From Xanthomonas campestris pv. campestris str. ATCC 33913 (GTDB lineage: Bacteria; Pseudomonadota; Gammaproteobacteria; Xanthomonadales; Xanthomonadaceae), in contig NC_003902.1 in the NCBI RefSeq assembly GCF_000007145.1, positions 3,476,497 through 3,508,496 on the forward strand: DNA of 32,000 nucleotides, in the 5' to 3' direction. The first letter of the stretch is position 1, and each line of letters begins with the position of its first letter. Positions 16,230 to 25,974 of this stretch are shown here, one piece after another. The translations under genes and the position numbers were made by a program. The notes beneath the pieces were generated by a model. That model worked only from the letters and a program-made list of their open reading frames with translations, searched no databases and was not told the origin of the DNA.

Positions 16230-17129
16230 ATGCGCATCATCGTTTTGGGATCGGCGGCCGGCGGTGGGCACCCGCAGTGGAATTGCCACACACCCGCGAG
16301 TCAGCGGGCATGGCAGCAAGCGGACGGTGCCCAGCGTCGTACCCAGGCCAGTATCGCCGTCAGTGCCGACGGCCAGCGCTGGGTCCTGATCAACGCCTCT
16401 CCCGATTTTCGCCAACAGATTCTCGCCACGCCCGCGCTTTGGCCGCAACACGGCCTGCGCCATTCACCGATCGAATCGGTGCTGCTGACCAGTGGTGAGA
16501 TCGACCATATTGCCGGCCTGCTCTCGATGCGCGAAAGCCAACGCTTTTCGTTGCATGCCAGCAGCCGCGTGCTTGACCTGCTCGCGCAGAACCCGATCTT
16601 CGACGCGCTCAATCCGCAGTACGTGGACCGGCATCCGTTCGCGTTGAATACCCCGCTGACCCTGTGCGACCTGCAGCTGACGCCGTTCTCGGTTCCCGGC
16701 AAGGTGCCGTTGTTTATGGAATCGCGCAGCGGCGGCGACCTGGCCGGCTCCAACGAAGAGACGCTTGGGCTGACCATCGACGATGGCCGCCACCGCGTGC
16801 ACTACATTCCCGGCTGCGCGGCCATGACCGATGACCTGCGCGCGCGCCTGCATGGCGCCGAGCTGGTGTTCTTCGACGGCACGCTGTGGCGCGACGACGA
16901 AATGGTGCAACTGGGCGTGAGCCAGAAAACTGGCCAGCGCATGGGCCACATGAGCATCGACGGAACTGACGGCACCCTGGCCGCGTTCGCGCAGTTGCAG
17001 GTGGCGCGCAAGGTCCTTATCCACATCAACACCACCAACCCCGTCCTCGACGCTCACTCGCCGGAGCACGCCGCAGTGCGCGCAGCCGGCTGGGACGTGG
17101 CACATGACGGCCTGGAGATTTCCCTGTGA
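16230..17129 (+). CDS. pqqB: PQQ biosynthesis protein PqqB (metallo-beta-lactamase fold)
   Basis: 299 aa. MRIIVLGSAAGGGHPQWNCHTP...SIAVSADGQRWVLINASPD...TSGEIDHIAGLL are PqqB hallmarks. It sits in the canonical operon position. Confidence 0.95.
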   Translation: MRIIVLGSAAGGGHPQWNCHTPASQRAWQQADGAQRRTQASIAVSADGQRWVLINASPDFRQQILATPALWPQHGLRHSPIESVLLTSGEIDHIAGLLSMRESQRFSLHASSRVLDLLAQNPIFDALNPQYVDRHPFALNTPLTLCDLQLTPFSVPGKVPLFMESRSGGDLAGSNEETLGLTIDDGRHRVHYIPGCAAMTDDLRARLHGAELVFFDGTLWRDDEMVQLGVSQKTGQRMGHMSIDGTDGTLAAFAQLQVARKVLIHINTTNPVLDAHSPEHAAVRAAGWDVAHDGLEISL

Positions 17130-17878
17130 CTGCCCTGCTCTCGCCCGACCAGCTGGAAGCGGATCTGCGCGCGATCGGCGCGCGGCTGTATCACGACCAG
17201 CATCCTTTCCATGCACTGCTGCACCACGGCAAGCTCAATCGCGGCCAGGTGCAGGCATGGGCGTTGAATCGTTTTGAATACCAGCGCTGCATTCCGCTGA
17301 AAGACGCGGCGATCCTGGCGCGGATGGAAGACCCCGCACTGCGCCGCATCTGGCGCCAGCGCATTCTCGACCACGATGGCAACAGCCCCAGCGATGGCGG
17401 CATCGCGCGTTGGCTGCACCTAACCGACGCACTGGGCCTGCCACGCGAGCTGGTCGAATCGGGCCGTGCCCTGCTGCCGGGCACGCGCTTCGCGGTGCAG
17501 GCCTATCTGCACTTCGTGCGCGAAAAGAGCCTGCTGGAAGCGATCGCCTCTTCGCTCACCGAATTGTTTGCGCCCAACATCATCGGCCAGCGCGTGGCCG
17601 GCATGCTGCAGCACTACGACTTTGTCTCGCCGGAAGCACTGGCGTATTTCGAGCACCGCCTGACCGAAGCGCCGCGCGATTCGGATTTCGCGCTGGACTA
17701 CGTCAAGCAACACGCCGACACCATCGAAAAACAGCAGCTGGTGAAAGCCGCGCTGCATTTCAAATGCTCGGTACTGTGGGCACAACTCGACGCATTGCAC
17801 GTGGCCTACGTCAGCCCCGGCGTTGTCTGGCCGGATGCGTTCGTGCCGGAGCGCGACAGCAAGCGGGCCGCCGCGTGA
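17126..17878 (+). CDS. pqqC: pyrroloquinoline-quinone synthase PqqC
   Basis: 250 aa with a GTG start overlapping the pqqB stop (GTGA). LYHDQHPFHALLHHGKLNRGQVQAWALNRFEYQRCIPLKDAAIL is highly characteristic of PqqC. Confidence 0.95.
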   Translation: MTALLSPDQLEADLRAIGARLYHDQHPFHALLHHGKLNRGQVQAWALNRFEYQRCIPLKDAAILARMEDPALRRIWRQRILDHDGNSPSDGGIARWLHLTDALGLPRELVESGRALLPGTRFAVQAYLHFVREKSLLEAIASSLTELFAPNIIGQRVAGMLQHYDFVSPEALAYFEHRLTEAPRDSDFALDYVKQHADTIEKQQLVKAALHFKCSVLWAQLDALHVAYVSPGVVWPDAFVPERDSKRAAA

Positions 17879-18153
17879 GCACCATCAGCCGCGACAGCTG
17901 CCCTGCGCTGCGTGCCGGCGTACGCCTGCAGCACGACCGCGCGCGCGACCAGTGGGTATTGCTGGCGCCCGAACGCGTGGTGGAGCTGGATGACATCGCA
18001 CTGGTGGTGGCCCAGCGTTACGACGGGACGCAGTCGCTGGCGCAGATCGCGCAGACGCTGGCCGCCGAATTCGATGCCGATGCGAGCGAGATCGAGACCG
18101 ACGTGATCGAACTCACCACCACCTTGCACCAGAAGCGCTTGCTGCGGTTATGA
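17875..18153 (+). CDS. pqqD: PQQ biosynthesis peptide chaperone PqqD
   Basis: Only the last 92 codons of track ORF 17410..18153 are protein-like ([45 protein letters not shown]...). The GTG at 17875 overlaps the pqqC stop (GTGA). Size and position match PqqD. The upstream part of the ORF overlaps pqqC out of frame. Confidence 0.88.
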   Translation: MSTISRDSCPALRAGVRLQHDRARDQWVLLAPERVVELDDIALVVAQRYDGTQSLAQIAQTLAAEFDADASEIETDVIELTTTLHQKRLLRL

Positions 18154-19280
18154 GCACTGTGCCGCCACCGCTTTCGGTACTGCTGGAGCTGACGCATCGC
18201 TGCCCGCTCGCCTGCCCGTATTGCTCCAACCCCATCGCGCTGGCGGCATTACGCGAGGAAATGGACACCGCCGGCTGGCGCTCGCTGCTGGAACAGGCCG
18301 CCGAGATGGGCGTGCTGCAGGCGCACTTTTCCGGCGGCGAGCCGATGCTGCGCAAGGACCTGCCCGAACTGGTGGCGCATGCACGCGCGCTGGGCCTGTA
18401 CAGCAACCTGATCACCTCCGGCGTGGCCGGCGGCGAGCCGATGCTCGACCAATTGCAGGCCGCCGGCCTGGAACATGTGCAGCTCAGCGTGCAGGACGTG
18501 GACCCGGCCGGCGCCGACCACATTGCCGGCTACCGCAACAGCCTGTCCAAGAAACGTGCCTTCGCCGCCGCCGTGCGTGCGCGCGGCCTGCCGCTGACGC
18601 TCAACGCGGTGATCCACCGGCACAACGCCGAGCGCGTGCCCGGCATGATCGCGCTGGCGCTGGAATGGGGTGCAGAGCGCATTGAAGTGGCGCATACGCA
18701 GTACTACGGCTGGGGCCTGCGCAACCGTGCCGCCTTGATGCCGAGCCGCGAGCAGCTGGCCGCGACCATCGTGGCGGTGGAGACCGCGCGGCGCAGCCTT
18801 GGCGACCAGCTGGCCATCGACTTCGTCACCCCCGATTACTACGCGCGCCAGCCCAAGCCCTGCATGGGCGGCTGGGCGCAGCGCTTCGTCAATATCTCTC
18901 CGCGTGGCGACGTGCTGCCGTGCCATGCGGCCGAAACCATCGACGGCCTGCAGTTCGACAACCTGCGCGATCGCTCGCTGGCCGATATCTGGAATCACGG
19001 CGAGGCCTTCGCGCGTTTCCGCGGCACCGCGTGGATGCCCGAGGTCTGCCAGGGTTGCCCGAAGCGGGAGATCGACTGGGGCGGTTGCCGCTGCCAGGCA
19101 CTGGCCCTGGCCGGCGATGCCGCCACCCTGGACCCGGTCTGCGAACGCTCCCCGGCCCATGCCGGGATCCGCGCCACCGCCGAACGCGAGGCCGCATCGC
19201 CGGCACCGGATTTCGTCTATCGCCGGCCGGAGCGTCCTGCCGCCGTTGCCGCCGAGGCCGCAATCAGCGACACCGAATGA
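18150..19280 (+). CDS. pqqE: PqqA peptide cyclase PqqE (radical SAM/SPASM)
   Basis: 376 aa with the ATG overlapping the pqqD stop (ATGA). It carries the radical-SAM CxxxCxxC motif ([15 protein letters not shown]). The C-terminal SPASM cysteines are present (CMGGW...LPCH...[18 protein letters not shown]). Confidence 0.95.
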   Translation: MSTVPPPLSVLLELTHRCPLACPYCSNPIALAALREEMDTAGWRSLLEQAAEMGVLQAHFSGGEPMLRKDLPELVAHARALGLYSNLITSGVAGGEPMLDQLQAAGLEHVQLSVQDVDPAGADHIAGYRNSLSKKRAFAAAVRARGLPLTLNAVIHRHNAERVPGMIALALEWGAERIEVAHTQYYGWGLRNRAALMPSREQLAATIVAVETARRSLGDQLAIDFVTPDYYARQPKPCMGGWAQRFVNISPRGDVLPCHAAETIDGLQFDNLRDRSLADIWNHGEAFARFRGTAWMPEVCQGCPKREIDWGGCRCQALALAGDAATLDPVCERSPAHAGIRATAEREAASPAPDFVYRRPERPAAVAAEAAISDTE

Positions 19281-19340
19281 GCCGCTGGCGGCACGCGGCC
19301 GAGCGTCTACACTAGCCGCCTCTCTCTCCGGGTTGCCTCC

Positions 19341-19853
19341 ATGTCGTTCGCGCGCCGCGTTCCCCTCCTGGTTTGCCTGACCCTCGCCTTACACGCCACG
19401 CCAGTCCTGGCGCAGCGCGCCGTGCAGGGCGACCTGCAGTCGCAGATGAGCGCTGAACAGTTCAAGGCCGCCGGCCTGGACAAGCTCGATGCCCGCGAAC
19501 TCGCCGCGCTCAACGACTGGCTGCAGGGCAAGGTGGCCAAGGAAGCGGCGGTGGTGGTGGAGCAGGCCAAGGAAGCCGGCCGCCAGGAAGTGATCGTGAA
19601 AAATCGCGGCTTCTCCGATTTCGGTATCAAGGACCCGATTGAAAGCACCGTGGTCGGTGCATTCAGGGGCTTCTCCAAGGGCCGCACCTACACCCTCGCC
19701 AATGGGCAGGAGTGGGAGCAGACCGACAGCGTGACCTTGCCCGGCGTGCGCAAGGATTCGCCCAAGACCAAGATCAAGCCCGGCCTGATCGGCGTGTGGT
19801 ACATGCAGATCGAGGGCTACAACACCCAGGCCAAGGTGCGCCGGGTCAAGTAA
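19341..19853 (+). CDS. secreted hypothetical protein (signal peptide, no recognised domain)
   Basis: 170-aa ORF with very strong GC3 bias. The signal peptide is MSFARRVPLLVCLTLALHATPVLA|QRA. It lies 60 nt downstream of pqqE on the same strand. I recognise no catalytic motif. Confidence 0.7.
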   Translation: MSFARRVPLLVCLTLALHATPVLAQRAVQGDLQSQMSAEQFKAAGLDKLDARELAALNDWLQGKVAKEAAVVVEQAKEAGRQEVIVKNRGFSDFGIKDPIESTVVGAFRGFSKGRTYTLANGQEWEQTDSVTLPGVRKDSPKTKIKPGLIGVWYMQIEGYNTQAKVRRVK

Positions 19854-20115
19854 GCATTTGCGAGATGGGTGCCGGCGGCGGAGGGATCGTTTCCGATCAC
19901 CCGGCGGGAGCACACCGTTCCCAAGCCCGCGCGCACAGCGGCGTCGCCTGCTGGCGCGCCGCACACGCCCTGGCCTGAAACTCATGCACGCCGCAGATGC
20001 GTGTTTGCTGCAATGGGTTCGCAGGGCCGGCCATCGCCGATCAGCGCTGTGACATGCTGGCGCGCCTGCTCACTGCAGACCCGCTAGCCCCGCATCCTGC
20101 GTCTGGAGACATGCA

Positions 20116-21603
20116 ATGACGTCCTTCGCTCGTCGCAGCGTTCTGCTCCTCGCCCTGCTCGCTGCCGGCTCGGCCTGTGCATCGCCCGCAACGCAGCGCT
20201 GCGCCACCGATCCCGCTGTTGGCTTTGGCGAGGCGTTGGTGTGTTACCACGATGCGGTAGAGGCGCAGCCGCTGAGCTACCGGCGTACTGCCACCAGCAC
20301 CGTGGCCGGGGTCGAACGCCGCGACTATCTGCTGACCTCGCAGGACTGGTCGCCGGAAGGCCTGGTCCAGCCGGCCAGCTGGCAGCACGACGTTGCGCTC
20401 TATGTGCCGCCCGATGCCCTGCCCACGCGTGCGCTGCTGATCTCCAGCAATGGCACGCGCCAGCCCGTCGATGGTGGCCCGGCGAAGCCATCCAGTGAAC
20501 TGGCCCCCGAGGCGATCGCGGCCCTGGCGCAGCGCACGCGCACCGTGGTGATCGTGCTGAGCGACCTCCCCAGCCAGGCGCTGACGTATCGCGATGACGG
20601 CACCGCACGCCGCGAAGACGACAGCGTTGCGCACACCTGGTCGCTGTTTATGAAAGCGCCGGCGCAGCGCAAGACCTTGCCGCTGCATGTTCCGATGGCC
20701 GCGGCCATCGCGCGCACCATGAGCCTGGCCGAACGCGAACTGGCGCCGCTGCGGATTCACCGTTTCATCCTGGCCGGCGCGTCCAAGCGCGGCTGGGCCA
20801 GCTGGCATGCGGCCATCGCCGACCAGCGCGTGGAGGCCGTGGCGCCCTTCGTGATCGACATCCTGAACATGCCGGCCGTGCTCACGCACATGGCCAAGGT
20901 CTATGGCGGGAACTGGCCGGTGCCGTTCAACGCCTACGCCAAGGAAGGCATGACCAACCAGCTCGCCACGCCTGCGTTTGCGCAGCTGGTCCAGATCCAG
21001 GACCCCCTGCAGTACCTGCACACGCGCTACCGCAAGCGGCTGTCCGTGCCCAAGGACATCGTCAATGCCAGCGGCGATGACTTCTTCGTGCCAGACAACA
21101 CGCAGTTCTTCTACGACGCACTGCCCGGCACCAAAGCGCTGCGCGTGGTGCCCAATGCATCGCACGGTGGCATCCGCGCATCGGTGGTGGATACGCTGGT
21201 GCCGTTCGTCAACCGGCTGCAGCAGCAGCGCCCGCTGCCCGACCTGCGCGGCAGCCTGCGTGGCGGCGCAACGCCTGCCATCCGGGTGCGTTCCAGCGAG
21301 CGCCCGGTGCAGGTGAAGGTATGGAGCGCGAGCAATCCGCAGGCGCGTGACTTCCGCTTTGCCTGCGGCATCCGTTACACCGCCACGGCGGTGAGTTGGA
21401 AGCGCGGTGCGGTGACGGTTCCTGTGCAGGTTCCTGAGGCCGGCTGGCGCGCCTATTTTGTGGAAGCCACCTACGCAGACGGTTTTGTCGCCACCAGCCA
21501 GACCTATGTGCTCGGCAAGCAGGACTACCCGACCCAGGCGCCGCCCTCGGACAACGCCGCCTGCCGGACCTTGCCTGCGGTCGCGCCGCCGCCCGCCACC
21601 TGA
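20116..21603 (+). CDS. secreted alpha/beta-hydrolase-like protein, PhoPQ-activated pathogenicity-related (PqaA-type) family
   Basis: 495 aa with a GGAGA Shine-Dalgarno 7 nt upstream. The signal peptide is MTSFARRSVLLLALLAAGSACASP. The internal ILAGASKRGWASWH motif recalls the GASKRGW(T)TW signature of the PhoPQ_related family. The family assignment is from memory only and is unverified. Confidence 0.7.
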   Translation: MTSFARRSVLLLALLAAGSACASPATQRCATDPAVGFGEALVCYHDAVEAQPLSYRRTATSTVAGVERRDYLLTSQDWSPEGLVQPASWQHDVALYVPPDALPTRALLISSNGTRQPVDGGPAKPSSELAPEAIAALAQRTRTVVIVLSDLPSQALTYRDDGTARREDDSVAHTWSLFMKAPAQRKTLPLHVPMAAAIARTMSLAERELAPLRIHRFILAGASKRGWASWHAAIADQRVEAVAPFVIDILNMPAVLTHMAKVYGGNWPVPFNAYAKEGMTNQLATPAFAQLVQIQDPLQYLHTRYRKRLSVPKDIVNASGDDFFVPDNTQFFYDALPGTKALRVVPNASHGGIRASVVDTLVPFVNRLQQQRPLPDLRGSLRGGATPAIRVRSSERPVQVKVWSASNPQARDFRFACGIRYTATAVSWKRGAVTVPVQVPEAGWRAYFVEATYADGFVATSQTYVLGKQDYPTQAPPSDNAACRTLPAVAPPPAT

Positions 21604-21863
21604 GCACGCCGGCAGGACTTGGTCGCCACAGCAGGACAGGAATCTGGCCTGGGCATCCCTCATGGCCGCCTCCGACGGTCGCGACAGACGCCGGAAGTGC
21701 GTGCCACGCGGCAGGCACAACGATGTCATGCACGCCCGGTGAATCCCTGCAAACGATTGGCATGGCTTCGACAGTTTGCGCAAGGAACTCCGCACAAAGC
21801 CCATCACGGAGCTGTTTTAGCGCTTGAGCCTGTCAACAAGATCGATCCAACCCGACTGGACCA

Positions 21864-21892
21864 TTGACAGCGTTGTCATCAGCTCCTAAACA
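21864..21892 (+). promoter_or_regulatory. candidate sigma70 promoter with an overlapping LacI-type palindromic operator upstream of glk
   Basis: A perfect -35 TTGACA (21864-21869), a 17-nt spacer, and a -10-like TAAACA (21887-21892) lie about 55 nt upstream of the glk start. The 14-bp inverted repeat TGACAgCGtTGTCA (21865-21878) has a central CG, as in LacI/GalR-family operators. Confidence 0.4.
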
Positions 21893-21945
21893 AGCCGCTA
21901 CGCGCTGACGGCATCGGCCGATCCAGGCGTCCCAGAGGACTGACC

Positions 21946-22980
21946 GTGGCTGCAACCTCGCACTCTGCTTGCGCTTCTGCTCTGCCCGTTGTCCCCGCTC
22001 CCACCACGTTTCTGGCTGCCGATGTCGGCGGCACGCATGTGCGTGTCGGCCGGGTCTCGCATGGCGCGGATGCGCCGATCGAGCTCTCGCAGTACCGCAC
22101 CTACCGCTGCGCCGACCATGCCAGCCTGGACGCGATCCTGGCTGATTTCCTGCGCGATAGCCGCGCCGTCGATGCAGTGGTGATCGCCAGCGCAGGTGTC
22201 GCGCTGGACGACGGCCGCTTCATCAGCAACAACCTGCCCTGGACCATCGCGCCGCGTCAGTTGCGCGACACGCTTGGCGTGCGTGCGGTGCATCTGGTCA
22301 ACGACTTCGAAGCGGTGGCGTATGCCGCGCCGCAGATGGAACAGCGTGCGGTGGTGCAACTAAGCGGCCCCACGCCGCGGCATGCGCAGCCCGGTGGCCC
22401 GATCCTGGTGGTCGGCCCGGGCACCGGGCTAGGCGCTGCGGTGTGGATCAACGGCCCGCGCCAGCCGACCGTGCTCGCCACCGAAGCCGGCCAGGTCGCA
22501 CTGGCAAGCAATGACCCCGACACCGCGCAGGTGCTGCGCATCCTGGCGCGCGACGCATCGTATCTGCCGATCGAGCATGTGCTCTCCGGCCCCGGGTTGC
22601 GCAACCTGTATCTGGCGCTGTGCGAACTGCACGCGGCCACGCCCATCCACCCGTTGCCCGCCGACATCACCCACGCCGCGCTCCACAGCGACGATGCACT
22701 GGCGCGGCGGTGCCTGCAGCTGTTCTGCGCGCTGCTCGGCAGCGCGGTCGGCGACATGGCGCTGGCGTACGGCGCCTCCGGCGGCGTGTATCTGGCCGGC
22801 GGCATCCTGCCGAGCATCGGCCAGTTTCTGGCTGCGAGTGATTTCCGCGAACGCTTCCTCGCCAAGGGCCGCATGCGCCCGGTGCTGGAGCGCATTCCGG
22901 TCAAGTTGGTCGAACACGGGCAACTCGGCGTGCTCGGCGCGGCCAGCTGGTATCTGCAACACCACACCGAGGTGTCGTAA
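21946..22980 (+). CDS. glk: glucokinase (ROK-unrelated Glk family)
   Basis: 344 aa with a GTG start preceded by GAGGA 6 nt upstream. LAADVGGTHVRVGRV aligns with E. coli Glk LVGDVGGTNARLAL. Also present are VNDFEAVAYA, GPGTGLG, EAGQV, ERVLSGPGL-like HVLSGPGLRNLY, and GGVYLAGGI. Confidence 0.9.
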   Translation: MAATSHSACASALPVVPAPTTFLAADVGGTHVRVGRVSHGADAPIELSQYRTYRCADHASLDAILADFLRDSRAVDAVVIASAGVALDDGRFISNNLPWTIAPRQLRDTLGVRAVHLVNDFEAVAYAAPQMEQRAVVQLSGPTPRHAQPGGPILVVGPGTGLGAAVWINGPRQPTVLATEAGQVALASNDPDTAQVLRILARDASYLPIEHVLSGPGLRNLYLALCELHAATPIHPLPADITHAALHSDDALARRCLQLFCALLGSAVGDMALAYGASGGVYLAGGILPSIGQFLAASDFRERFLAKGRMRPVLERIPVKLVEHGQLGVLGAASWYLQHHTEVS

Positions 22981-23086
22981 GCGCTCCACCACTCGCGTCT
23001 CCCGACCGCGAGCGGCGTGTACCCCCAGTGCATCCGGCGAGCGCAGGCCCGCCGTCCATCCCTGTTGCGTGATGAGGAGAGACATC

Positions 23087-25723
23087 ATGAAATACCGCAC
23101 TTCGCTGCTGTCCAGCGCCATTGGCATGTCGCTGGTGTTCGCCGCCCAGGCACAGCAGACGGCCGACCCACAGGCCACCGAACTGGATGCCGTGCAGGTG
23201 GTTGGCATCCGCGCCAGCCTTGAAAAATCGCTGGACACCAAGCGTAACAACACCGGCATTTCCGAAGCGATCACCGCCGAGGACATCGGCAAGTTCCCCA
23301 GCACCAACGTGGCCGAAGCGCTGTCGCAGATTCCCGGCGTCACCCTGGACCGTCGCTTTGGCCAGGGCGAGCGCGTCAGCATCGACGGCACCGACCCCAG
23401 CCTCAATCTCTCCTTTCTGGACGGCCACCCGGTGGCGCAGGCAATCTGGCTCTACGGCGAACAGCCCAGCCGCGGTTTCGATTACACCTTGCTGGCACCG
23501 CAAATCCTGGGGCGTGCGGAAATCATCAAGTCGTCCGAAGCACGCCTGACCGAAGGCAGCCTGGGTGGCACCGTGCTCATGCACACGCGCCAGCCGCTCG
23601 ACCTGAAGGCCAACGAGGTGGCCGCCTCCATCGGCTATAGCTACAGCGACCAGGCCAGCCAGGGCAAGCCGAATGCGGCGCTGCTGTACAGCTGGAAAAA
23701 TCCGGCAGAAACCTTCGGCGTCACCGTCTCCGCGCAGCACTACGAAGAACGCGTGGACCGGCGCGGCATGGAAGTGTTCGGCTATGCGCCAGCCAGCACC
23801 TTCGCCAATGCAGCCGGCGGCGTGCCGGCCGATGCGGACGTGCCCAACTCGATCAACGCCGCGTGGTTCCAGCAGGACCGCGAACGCGACAGCGCCGTGG
23901 TCAACCTGCAGCTCAAGCCCAGCGATGCGCTGGAGTTCAATCTCAGCGGCTTGTACATCAACGAGAACTTCGACAACTACAACCAGTCGATGTACAGCTT
24001 TCTCACCTGGAATGCAGGCACTGTTGGCGCGGTGGACCAGCTGGGTGGCGTGCGCAATGGCGTGGTCACCAGCGGCCATTCCAGCGCCAACGCCGACCCC
24101 TTGGGCGGCACGGTGATCTACGACAACAACGTGCGCGAATCGGAAGTGACCACCAAAGGGCTGGACCTGCGTGGCGCCCTCCGCGGCGAGGGTTGGGGTC
24201 TCAACGGGCAGGTGGGCCAGAGCAAGTCCGAAAACAAGGATCTGTCGCAGTATTTCATCGAGCCGTTCTACAACGGCGGCTTCAGCTGGGATACGCGCCG
24301 CGGCATCCGCTTCGATGACCCGGCCGCTGCACGCGACCCGGCCAACTGGGGCTCGGCCGGCGGCTGGTTCGGCAACAACGGCATCTTCTCCACCGAGAGC
24401 AAGGACACCTACGGCCAGCTGGATTTCAACCTGCAATTCGATGGCGTGTTCAATCAGCTGCTACTGGGCGTGCGCCACGGCAAACACGACGAGCGCTTTG
24501 AGCTCAACGTCTATGGTGGCGTCACGCCGGGCACGCTGGCCGATGTGGGCACGATCGGCCTGACCGACCTGCAAGGTTTCTACCCGGACCACGGGCAGCA
24601 TGTGCAGGCCGGCCGCGACAATGTGCTCAACTGGATCCGCAACAGCCCGGTGGATTACAGCGCGCCGGATCCGGCCAGCTATCTCAATAACAGCTGGGCG
24701 CTGGAGCAGACCAATAACGCCGCCTACGCACAGGTGAACTTCTCCAGCGGCGGCCTGCGTGGCAACCTCGGTGTGCGCTATGTGGACTCCAAGACCGAAG
24801 GCAGCGGGTTCGTCTATAGCGGCACCCCGTCGTTGGCCAACGCCGACAGCCTGTGGCAAACGCGCACGCGCAAGGAAGACTTCCTGCTGCCATCGCTCAC
24901 GCTGTCCTACGACACCAGCGACGACTGGGTGTTCCGCTTTGCCGCGGCCAAGGTGATCGCCTGGGCGCCGTACAACCAGATGGTCAACAACACCTTCCTC
25001 AACGACACCACACTGACCGGCAGCGGTGGCAACGCGGAGCTATCGCCGTACGAATCGTGGAACTTCAATCTGTCGGCGGAGTATTACTTCGCGCCGCAGT
25101 CGGTGGTGGCCTGGTCGGTGTTCTACAAGAAGATCGACAACTACATCGACACCAGCGTCAGCGTGGAGCGGCAATACAACGCCCTGCGCGACACCGCGCC
25201 GCAAAGCTGGGCGCAGCTGATCGGCAGCAACGGCTGCACCGCCGACGGTTATTGCGACTACAGCATCCAGCGGCCACGCAACGCTGGCGATGGCAAGGTC
25301 AAGGGGTTCAACCTTTCTTTCCAGCAGCCGTTCGGCGACAGCGGCTTCGGTCTGACTGCCAATTACACCTATGCCAATGGCGAAAACAACACCGGCGACC
25401 CGCTGCCCTACCAGTCGCGCAACAGCGTGGCGTTTTCGCCGTACTACGAAAAAGGCCCGCTCAACGCCCGCCTGACCTACAACTGGCGTGACAGCTACCT
25501 GGCCGGCGGTTACGTGGCCGGCGCCGCGCCCGCCAGCGTGGACGACTACGCCGAACTCGGCGCCAGCGTGGGCTATGCGTTCAGCCCGAACTGGTCGCTG
25601 CAGATCGACGCGCAAAATCTGCTGGACGAGGAATACCTGCAGTATCTCGGCGACAAGGAGCATCTGGCCGGGCGCTACAAGAGTGGCCGCCGTTACATGG
25701 CGACCCTGCACCTGAAGTTTTGA
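23087..25723 (+). CDS. TonB-dependent outer-membrane receptor (carbohydrate-uptake, CUT-locus type)
   Basis: The true start is the ATG at 23087 (MKYRTSLLSSAIGMSLVFAAQA, GAGGAGA Shine-Dalgarno upstream). The track ORF from 22511 overlaps glk out of frame. A TonB box (ELDAVQVVGIR) and a plug domain (ISEAITAEDIGKFPSTNVAEALSQIPGVTLDR) are present. A beta-barrel follows, ending in an aromatic terminal residue (...MATLHLKF). Confidence 0.92.
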   Translation: MKYRTSLLSSAIGMSLVFAAQAQQTADPQATELDAVQVVGIRASLEKSLDTKRNNTGISEAITAEDIGKFPSTNVAEALSQIPGVTLDRRFGQGERVSIDGTDPSLNLSFLDGHPVAQAIWLYGEQPSRGFDYTLLAPQILGRAEIIKSSEARLTEGSLGGTVLMHTRQPLDLKANEVAASIGYSYSDQASQGKPNAALLYSWKNPAETFGVTVSAQHYEERVDRRGMEVFGYAPASTFANAAGGVPADADVPNSINAAWFQQDRERDSAVVNLQLKPSDALEFNLSGLYINENFDNYNQSMYSFLTWNAGTVGAVDQLGGVRNGVVTSGHSSANADPLGGTVIYDNNVRESEVTTKGLDLRGALRGEGWGLNGQVGQSKSENKDLSQYFIEPFYNGGFSWDTRRGIRFDDPAAARDPANWGSAGGWFGNNGIFSTESKDTYGQLDFNLQFDGVFNQLLLGVRHGKHDERFELNVYGGVTPGTLADVGTIGLTDLQGFYPDHGQHVQAGRDNVLNWIRNSPVDYSAPDPASYLNNSWALEQTNNAAYAQVNFSSGGLRGNLGVRYVDSKTEGSGFVYSGTPSLANADSLWQTRTRKEDFLLPSLTLSYDTSDDWVFRFAAAKVIAWAPYNQMVNNTFLNDTTLTGSGGNAELSPYESWNFNLSAEYYFAPQSVVAWSVFYKKIDNYIDTSVSVERQYNALRDTAPQSWAQLIGSNGCTADGYCDYSIQRPRNAGDGKVKGFNLSFQQPFGDSGFGLTANYTYANGENNTGDPLPYQSRNSVAFSPYYEKGPLNARLTYNWRDSYLAGGYVAGAAPASVDDYAELGASVGYAFSPNWSLQIDAQNLLDEEYLQYLGDKEHLAGRYKSGRRYMATLHLKF

Positions 25724-25738
25724 CCTACCGCATGCCAG

Positions 25739-25771
25739 GGCGCCGGGAGCAATGCAGCAGCTCCCGGCGCC
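25739..25771. terminator. strong hairpin after the TonB-dependent receptor gene (possible bidirectional terminator facing hrpA)
   Basis: GGCGCCGGGAGC (25739-25750), loop aatgcagca, GCTCCCGGCGCC (25760-25771): a perfect 12-bp GC-rich stem 16 nt after the stop. The downstream sequence gtggtgtta is only weakly T-rich. Confidence 0.55.
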
Positions 25772-25974
25772 GTGGTGTTAGCGGGTCAGTACGACCTGCA
25801 CGGCGCTGCGGTGTCGAAGCTGCGCTCTGCGGTTGAGGCCTGCGGAGTGGGCAGCGGCACACGCAATAGCGCGCATCACACGCCAAACATCCGCAGACTC
25901 ACGCGCACGAAACCAGACGGCAAGGCGACGCCTCGCAGGCAGCGGCAACCCGCCGCCATCTGCCAGCGCGCGCC

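Noticed and set aside
17410-17874. The 5' part of the 247-aa ORF that ends as pqqD
   Set aside because: It is out of frame within pqqC. PqqD proteins are about 90 aa, and a GTG coupled to the pqqC stop is available at 17875.
20116-21603. The idea that the secreted hydrolase-like protein substitutes for the missing PqqF/PqqG peptidase
   Set aside because: It carries an export signal, whereas PqqA processing is cytoplasmic. It also shows no M16 metallopeptidase HxxEH motif.
20041-21807. 588-aa ORF on the minus strand
   Set aside because: It lies entirely antisense to the well-supported secreted hydrolase-like gene (20116..21603). The translation is Arg/Gly/Ala-rich with no motifs, typical of a high-GC shadow frame.
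22511-23086. The 5' 192 codons of the 1070-aa ORF that contains the TonB-dependent receptor
   Set aside because: This part overlaps glk in a different frame and reads as Arg/Cys-rich junk. A signal peptide with a good Shine-Dalgarno begins at 23087.
22901-24436. 511-aa minus-strand ORF
   Set aside because: It is antisense to the TonB-dependent receptor and has no independent support.
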